The translations under genes were made by a program, and so were the position numbers. A stretch of 46,343 nucleotides of DNA from Candidatus Dadabacteria bacterium. Its GTDB lineage: Bacteria > Desulfobacterota_D > UBA1144 > Nemesobacterales > CSP1-2. Under the pieces are notes generated by a model that saw nothing but the letters and a program-made list of their open reading frames with translations, was not told the origin of the DNA and did no database searches. The stretch covers positions 120,096 through 166,438 of the forward strand of contig PSLL01000001.1 of NCBI GenBank assembly GCA_040289575.1. Direction: 5' to 3'. Shown here in pieces: positions 40,415 to 46,343 of this stretch. Every line of letters starts with the position of its first letter. The stretch's first letter is position 1.

Positions 40415-42330
40415 ATGGAATACCTTAAGAGCTTACAAAATATTCTAAAAAGAAAAGAGCAACTATTACTTATCGCAATACTCAGTGTCCAATTTCTAGT
40501 TTGCCTGTGGCTTTTGGATAAGAGGTGGATTAATCCCGATGAAGGCGCACATACTATGGATGGACGCCTTGTGTTAAGCGGCCTTATCCCTGAAGTTGAC
40601 TATGGCTCGCGCCAGGTATTATACGTATATATTATAGCTTTGTTTCTTAAAGTATTTGGTGTTGGCTACTTAGGTGCGAGAATTCTTCCGCTAATTTCAA
40701 CCATAGGTGTCAGCTTATTGGTTTTCTTTATTTCAAAGAGGTTATTTAATCAAAAAGTCGCTTTACTTGCCTGTGGGATATATGCCTTCTTACCTTTGGC
40801 AATTGTAGAATCCACTATTGTAAAAACAGAACCTCTAACTACATTACTTAGTTGTACTGGGATGTATCTTGTAATTTCTGGGACAAAAAGTGAGAAAAAG
40901 GCCTCTTTATTTTTCTTTTTATCTGGCGTCTTTATCTCACTTGCATACTATGTCAGGGAGTCTTCTTTGGCGATTCTTGTATCTATTTTTCTTTTCTTTT
41001 TCATTAATTATTGGAAAAGAGTTCGATTGCTATTTAAGAATTATGGAATTGTCCTGAGCGGCTATATTTGTGTATGTCTCATTATTTTTGCTTACTATAG
41101 TCAGTTTATGAATCTATCTCAGATTGGGCATGACTCTATTAATCCATTACATATAGTATTGGAGAGTTTACAAAATATCTCTACTTCATCTCTGACCCAG
41201 CTGGAGGCGCCGACTCATAGCCTCGACTTTTCTGTTAGATCTGGGTCCTGGAATCCGACAGATTATTATTTGAATCTCACTCTACTTACCAATTCTTTTT
41301 TATTTGTTGGATTTATCTTTTCGTTATTTATATTATCCTATTCTCTATTAACTAAGAGAGATAACGGAGAATTTAAAAAACTTGTTCTTCCATTTTCACT
41401 CTTATATTCTTGGTTATTCAGCTTGACGCTTTTCTACTCTTACTGGACGTTCAACCGCGGTTTTTTTATACAGTACTTTGAAGAGTTCTTACCACCCTTG
41501 TCTATTCTATTGGCTTTTTCAATTATCTATATGGTAAATAAGTTTGAGTTAGAGAGGAATTTAGGAAAAGCCATAGTCACTATGTTGCTGTGTCTGCTCA
41601 TAGTGTTTTTCTTCAATAGATTCTCTGATTTCCATATAAGAAGCTTTATATATTTCTTAATAACTACTTTTATAATGGCTTTTTTTTATTTCTCGTCTTA
41701 TCTTAGACAGAGACGGTGGTTATATGGACTTTTAGCCTTCGGCATTATTATTTTGATTGTCTTAGTCAATCTGCTATATACTGCTCTGCATCTTATCAAA
41801 TTTTTACCATATTTAATCCTATCCATATTGGTGTTTTTGGTGGCATTTATCGCTTTATTAAAAAGGGATTTTAATAGGGGTTTGAGTTTCATCTCTTTCT
41901 CCCTTCTCCTCTCTTCTTTTATATTATCTTTTGCCATATCTGGGCGTAATATGGGTATTGATTTTGATAATGTTTGGTCTCCTGAGACGGTGAGAGAGGC
42001 CTCGGATTATATAAAAGCAAATTCAAAAGAGAATGATGAGGTTATCTCTGGCGCCGTTATTTGGGAGCTTGAGTCTGATCGAAAGCCGTTTATGAATCAA
42101 ACACATCCTCTGGGGTATGAATCCGGTATAGCCGATGATTGGAGAGTATAGAGTGTTATTTATCCATACATAAACCGAGATTTATCGTTTTAGATGGATA
42201 TACAGAACGAACTTACCTTAGGTATATTAGTGAACTTCAGATGGTTATGGATAGAGAATATCAATTAAAAAAAGTAGTCTATGGTTCTCGATATCCTGTA
42301 AAAATATACGAACTGAAAGACGGGTTCTAA
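40415..42330 (+). pseudogene. GT-C fold membrane glycosyltransferase #4 with a frameshift near the C-terminus
   Basis: NPDEGAH, VKTEPL, AYYVRES. ORF 40415-42151 continues as 42139-42330 (KPRFIVLDGYTE..Y) if one base is added near 42139. Confidence 0.7.
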
Positions 42331-42363
42331 AATCTCTTGAGGTTAAAAGGGGAGCTGTAGTTA

Positions 42364-42716
42364 ATGCCAAGGGTCAGTGTAATTATTCCTACATATAATC
42401 GTGCTGAGTTTTTGTGCTCGGCAATTACGAGTGTATTGAATCAGACATTTCAGGATTTTGAGATTATCGTTGTGGACGATGCATCGAATGATGGCACTTA
42501 TGAGGTTGTAAGTAGTTTTAATGGTAATGGAATAAAATACATACGCCATAAGATAAACAGAGGTGGGGCAGCAGCAAGGAACACAGGTATAAGGGCTTCA
42601 ACGGGAGAATACATTGCATTTTTAGATGATGATGATGAGTGGATGCCAGAGAAACTCCAAATGCAGGTTGATTTATTACAAATTAGTCCACCTGAGGTTG
42701 GAGCAGTATATACGGG
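42364..42716 (+). repeat. 353-bp exact direct repeat, copy A (5' part of the GT2)
   Basis: Identical to 43320-43672 at offset 956. Confidence 0.95.
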
Positions 42717-43320
42717 TTTTGTAATAGTATCTAGGGCTGGTGGAGAGATATTATATCAAGGTGTTCCCACCAGAAAAGGGTATATTTTCAATGAAATGCT
42801 TATAGGAAATTTAGTTGGAGCTACCCCAAGTGTTTTTCTTAGAAGGGAGTGTTTCAATAGGGTTGGTTTATTTGACGAGAACTTACCATTTGCAGAAGAC
42901 TGGGATATGTGGATTCGAATCTCAAAGGAGTTCCATTTTGAATGTATCGAGGAAATATTGGTTAAATGCTATTTTCATAATAGAGATAAACTTTCCGTTA
43001 ACCTAGAGGGATTAAGTAGGGGAATCGAAATTATGCTTGAAAAATACGGTCATTTTCCGGGTTTCAAGAAGACTTTGAGCTATAGCTACCTTCGGCTCGG
43101 AGTCCTGTCCTGTTATAACAGAAATACTAGAAAGGGTAGGGAGGCATTTTTTAAGGCTATAAGGTTGTATCCATTCGAGATAAAGCACTATTTTAATCTA
43201 TTTATCTCTCTACTAGGTGCAGATAATTTTAGGAAATTAAAAATGTGTAAAGAAAAAGTAATTGGCCCATTTCGAGATAATAAGAGTTCAATGGACTATG
43301 AAAGGAGAATGTATTTCTGA
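42364..43320 (+). CDS. Glycosyltransferase family 2, copy A
   Basis: SVIIPTYNR, VDDASND, ARNTG, FLDDDD, EDWDMWIR. Confidence 0.93.
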   Translation: MPRVSVIIPTYNRAEFLCSAITSVLNQTFQDFEIIVVDDASNDGTYEVVSSFNGNGIKYIRHKINRGGAAARNTGIRASTGEYIAFLDDDDEWMPEKLQMQVDLLQISPPEVGAVYTGFVIVSRAGGEILYQGVPTRKGYIFNEMLIGNLVGATPSVFLRRECFNRVGLFDENLPFAEDWDMWIRISKEFHFECIEEILVKCYFHNRDKLSVNLEGLSRGIEIMLEKYGHFPGFKKTLSYSYLRLGVLSCYNRNTRKGREAFFKAIRLYPFEIKHYFNLFISLLGADNFRKLKMCKEKVIGPFRDNKSSMDYERRMYF

Positions 43321-43672
43321 TGCCAAGGGTCAGTGTAATTATTCCTACATATAATCGTGCTGAGTTTTTGTGCTCGGCAATTACGAGTGTATTGAATCAG
43401 ACATTTCAGGATTTTGAGATTATCGTTGTGGACGATGCATCGAATGATGGCACTTATGAGGTTGTAAGTAGTTTTAATGGTAATGGAATAAAATACATAC
43501 GCCATAAGATAAACAGAGGTGGGGCAGCAGCAAGGAACACAGGTATAAGGGCTTCAACGGGAGAATACATTGCATTTTTAGATGATGATGATGAGTGGAT
43601 GCCAGAGAAACTCCAAATGCAGGTTGATTTATTACAAATTAGTCCACCTGAGGTTGGAGCAGTATATACGGG
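43320..43672 (+). repeat. 353-bp exact direct repeat, copy B
   Basis: Identical to 42364-42716. Confidence 0.95.
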
Positions 43673-44243
43673 CTACTTAATAATAGATAGAGTCAAGGGG
43701 GAGATAGTGGATCGAAAAACTGCTACAAAAAGGAGAGATCTCTCCAATGAATTGATTCTCAGTAATTACCTTGGTGCGGCAGGGTCATCCATCCTTTTAA
43801 GGAGAGGATGTTTTGAAAAAGTAGGCTTGTTTGATAAGGGCTTGTCTAGTAGTCAGGATTATGATATGTGGATTCGAATCCCAAGAGAATTTCATTTCGA
43901 CTGTGTTGAAAAATCTTTAATTAAATATCATTTTCATAAAAATAGAATTTCTAATAATCTAATTGCATTGATTAATGGTAGAGAGATGCTACTTAAAAAA
44001 TATAGTCAATTTTTTGAATCTCATAGAAAGAGTTATAGCCTCTATCATCTTGGTCTCGGGGTGCTTTATTGTTACACTGGAAATATCAAAAGGGGTAGAG
44101 AATTACTCGTGCAAGCGATAAGGTTGTATCCATTCGAGATAAGGCACTATTTTAATCTATTTCTCTCTCTACTGGGTGCGGATAATTTTAAAAGGTTAAA
44201 AGAGACTAAGGAAGAAGTAGTCGTTTCCTTCTTCCGATGGTAA
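43320..44243 (+). CDS. Glycosyltransferase family 2, copy B
   Basis: Same N-terminal motifs; QDYDMWIR; start overlaps the previous stop (TGATG). Confidence 0.93.
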   Translation: MPRVSVIIPTYNRAEFLCSAITSVLNQTFQDFEIIVVDDASNDGTYEVVSSFNGNGIKYIRHKINRGGAAARNTGIRASTGEYIAFLDDDDEWMPEKLQMQVDLLQISPPEVGAVYTGYLIIDRVKGEIVDRKTATKRRDLSNELILSNYLGAAGSSILLRRGCFEKVGLFDKGLSSSQDYDMWIRIPREFHFDCVEKSLIKYHFHKNRISNNLIALINGREMLLKKYSQFFESHRKSYSLYHLGLGVLYCYTGNIKRGRELLVQAIRLYPFEIRHYFNLFLSLLGADNFKRLKETKEEVVVSFFRW

Positions 44244-44278
44244 TGGGGGTTTAATTACTATAAGGGTTTATAGGAAAA

Positions 44279-45679
44279 GTGAAGGCTTATACTAGTTATT
44301 ACAAATCTATAAATCTATCTATAATTATTGTCTGCTTGGTTCTGGCAATTATACTAGGAATATGGCTAACGGGCAATTCCATCAAACAGATTATATTTGT
44401 TATTTTGGCAGTTGTCGGGATTGGAGCTAGCATCTATAGGCCAAAGATACCAATGTTTCTTTTCTTTCTATTTATACCTCTTGAGTTATTTACTCTGCTG
44501 CCATCTCAAACTTTGACCAAATTTATTGGGCTGTATTTGAGTTTCCTTTTGTTCTTAGAGCTTTCAATAACAAAGAGGATTTGGCTTCCGCGAGGTGGAA
44601 AAAGCATTTGGATATTAATCTATGGATTGGCTGCTATTTTATCTCTCTTAGCCTCTAGAGACTTATCTAGAAGCCTAACCTATCTTATAACACTTTGGCT
44701 GTTAATAGGTATGTTTTTTATTTTATCCATTACAATAAGGGATATAAAGACATTGCATACTGGAATATTATTTTTACTTATAGGTGGATTTCTCTCTATA
44801 GTAATTAGTTCTATAACAGGGCAGGGATGGCAAGCACAGGCGTTGATAGTAAAAGGGGTTAGGTCTGTCCAAACTTTTACCCGTCAAGGTGGTTTATGGG
44901 GGGACCCCAATGAATTTGCCTCTATACTATTGGTATTGATGCCTCTTTCATTGTTGCAATTTTTCCGGTCTAAAAGTTTTTTTATGAAGGTTTTTACATT
45001 TGGCCTGTTTGCCTGCTTGCTTTTTGGATTCTTCCGTACTTATTCTAGGGGCGGTTTTCTAGGTTTTGCTGTCCTATTGGTCCTTAGTATTTTTAAATTC
45101 GACCTTCTGAAGAGAGGTACCAATAAAACTAAGATTGTTATTTATGTAGTGCTTGTTGCAATTGTAGCAATAGTCATTTTTTCTACGATATCTCAAACAT
45201 TTATAGCGCGCATAGAGACATTAAAATCACTCGATTCATCCGTGCATTCACAAAGGGGGGAAGCCATCTATGCTAGATATCAGGCCTATAAGTCTGCTTT
45301 GGTTCTGTTCTCAGAGCATCCTATATTGGGAGTCGGTATAAGAAACTTTTATTTATATAATCCTGTAGGTGTTGTACATAATACTTATCTAGAGGTTTTA
45401 ACATGTACTGGACTTATAGGTTTTATTCCTTTTGTGACCATACTCTATCTAACGTGGAAGGAGTTAAGAGGGGTGCAGAACTCTTGGAGACTTAGAGATA
45501 GGGAAAACTCCCTTAATTACCAGTACGCAGTGGCATTGGAGCTTGGCTTCATAGCATACCTTGTAACAATTGTCTTTCTTACTTTAGATCTTGCAAAGAT
45601 GACCTGGCTGCTTATAACACTTTCTTCAATATTGCGGAGTACTTCTGCAAATCCGGGGTTAGTTCAAATAAAGACATAG
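44279..45679 (+). CDS. O-antigen ligase / Wzy polymerase family membrane protein
   Basis: GDPNEFA, TYSRGGFLG, HPILGVG, VHNTYLEVL..TGLIG. Confidence 0.88.
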   Translation: MKAYTSYYKSINLSIIIVCLVLAIILGIWLTGNSIKQIIFVILAVVGIGASIYRPKIPMFLFFLFIPLELFTLLPSQTLTKFIGLYLSFLLFLELSITKRIWLPRGGKSIWILIYGLAAILSLLASRDLSRSLTYLITLWLLIGMFFILSITIRDIKTLHTGILFLLIGGFLSIVISSITGQGWQAQALIVKGVRSVQTFTRQGGLWGDPNEFASILLVLMPLSLLQFFRSKSFFMKVFTFGLFACLLFGFFRTYSRGGFLGFAVLLVLSIFKFDLLKRGTNKTKIVIYVVLVAIVAIVIFSTISQTFIARIETLKSLDSSVHSQRGEAIYARYQAYKSALVLFSEHPILGVGIRNFYLYNPVGVVHNTYLEVLTCTGLIGFIPFVTILYLTWKELRGVQNSWRLRDRENSLNYQYAVALELGFIAYLVTIVFLTLDLAKMTWLLITLSSILRSTSANPGLVQIKT

Positions 45680-45693
45680 ACTATAAAGAAAAA

Positions 45694-45981
45694 ATGAAGA
45701 TCAAACCAGAATAGAGTCTGTGACTTCACAAATATAGGATAAGGGAGTTATGTTTTATATTTTCAAGGTGTCCAGAAAAGGTATTTAAAACAGCCCTTGA
45801 ACTCGGTGCCGGAGATGGATTTCAGAGTGGCTTACTTACAAAGTACGTTTCAAGATTGATAGGTACTGACTATAACTCTAATATAGTGAAAAACGAAGGT
45901 GATGAATTAATCGAATTTCATATATGTGATGCCGAGGAAGTAGATTTAGTAAAAGACAGTTTGATTTAGTCTTTTCTTCTA
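45694..45981 (+). pseudogene. Degraded class I methyltransferase
   Basis: My translation: MKIKPE*SL*LHKYRIRE...ALELGAGDGFQS...TDY...ICDAEEVD, then FDLVFSS in another frame. The 3' limit is uncertain. Confidence 0.7.
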
Positions 45982-46162
45982 TCCGAATATGTGCATGCTT
46001 GCCTTAGAGAGGATAACAGAAAAAGGTGGATTTAGTATATTAAAAAATGAAAGGAGTCATAAATAATTTAGAATCTGATATAGAAGAGCGTGGAAATAAT
46101 CCAAAATAGTCCTTACAAAGGGTATTTTGATTAGGGTTTGTGTATTAATGGGTCCCAATTAA

Positions 46163-46343
46163 ATGCTACGTTCTATTGTTAAGAGTTTATCTAGTTATTT
46201 TTACCCCAACTACAGAGATGATAACTCAGTATTTTATAATTGGGTTGGGGAATCAATAAAGCCGGATTCGGTTATTCTGGACTTGGGGGCTGGAGCTGGA
46301 ATAAAATGGCCATATGACTTTGCAAAGCGGTGTCAGAAGATTA
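46163..46343 (+). CDS. 5' part of a class I methyltransferase (runs off the window)
   Basis: MLRSIVKSLSSYFYPNYRDDNSVFYNWVGESIKPDSVILDLGAGAG...; open to the window end. Confidence 0.7.
   Translation, partial: MLRSIVKSLSSYFYPNYRDDNSVFYNWVGESIKPDSVILDLGAGAGIKWPYDFAKRCQKI

Noticed and set aside
1374..43505. The many minus-strand ORFs and short nested plus-strand ORFs in the track
   Set aside because: They lie within well-supported + strand genes and show no recognisable motifs, so they are shadow ORFs. The duplicated ones simply mirror the direct repeats.
42364..44243. Diversity-generating retroelement or CRISPR-like explanation for the repeats
   Set aside because: No reverse transcriptase, no adenine-specific mismatch pattern and no short regularly spaced repeats.
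45694..45730. Stop-codon reassignment (TGA/TAG read as sense)
   Set aside because: TGA and TAG end many intact genes here. In-frame stops occur only in elements that also carry frameshifts or deletions.

Overview
AT-rich bacterial DNA in which every credible gene is on the + strand. The window is part of one very large surface-polysaccharide (EPS/glycan) biosynthesis and decoration locus that runs off both ends. Core assembly genes: two Wzx-type flippases, a Wzy/O-antigen-ligase-family protein, three GT4s, several GT2s and a UDP-sugar dehydrogenase. Tailoring genes: up to six methyltransferases including a TylF type, an AsnB-type amidotransferase, a hexapeptide acyltransferase, a polysaccharide deacetylase, a carbamoyltransferase with SxtJ/SxtK-like partners and SGNH proteins. 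There is also an apparent lipid-linked-monosaccharide arm: three polyprenol-phosphate GT2s, two small-flippase types and four GT-C membrane transferases. The most unusual gene (17027-19135) fuses a flavoprotein resembling eukaryote-type UDP-galactopyranose mutase to a polyprenol-phosphate GT2, which suggests a polyprenyl-P-furanose donor pathway (inference). The locus is being remodelled: a 1226-bp near-identical duplication brackets a methyltransferase, two tandem GT2 genes share an identical 353-bp 5' block, two GT-C genes are frameshifted, and there is a decayed IS630 with recognisable ends and a methyltransferase pseudogene. No rRNA, tRNA or CRISPR array was seen. All family assignments come from motif recognition by eye, not database searches.
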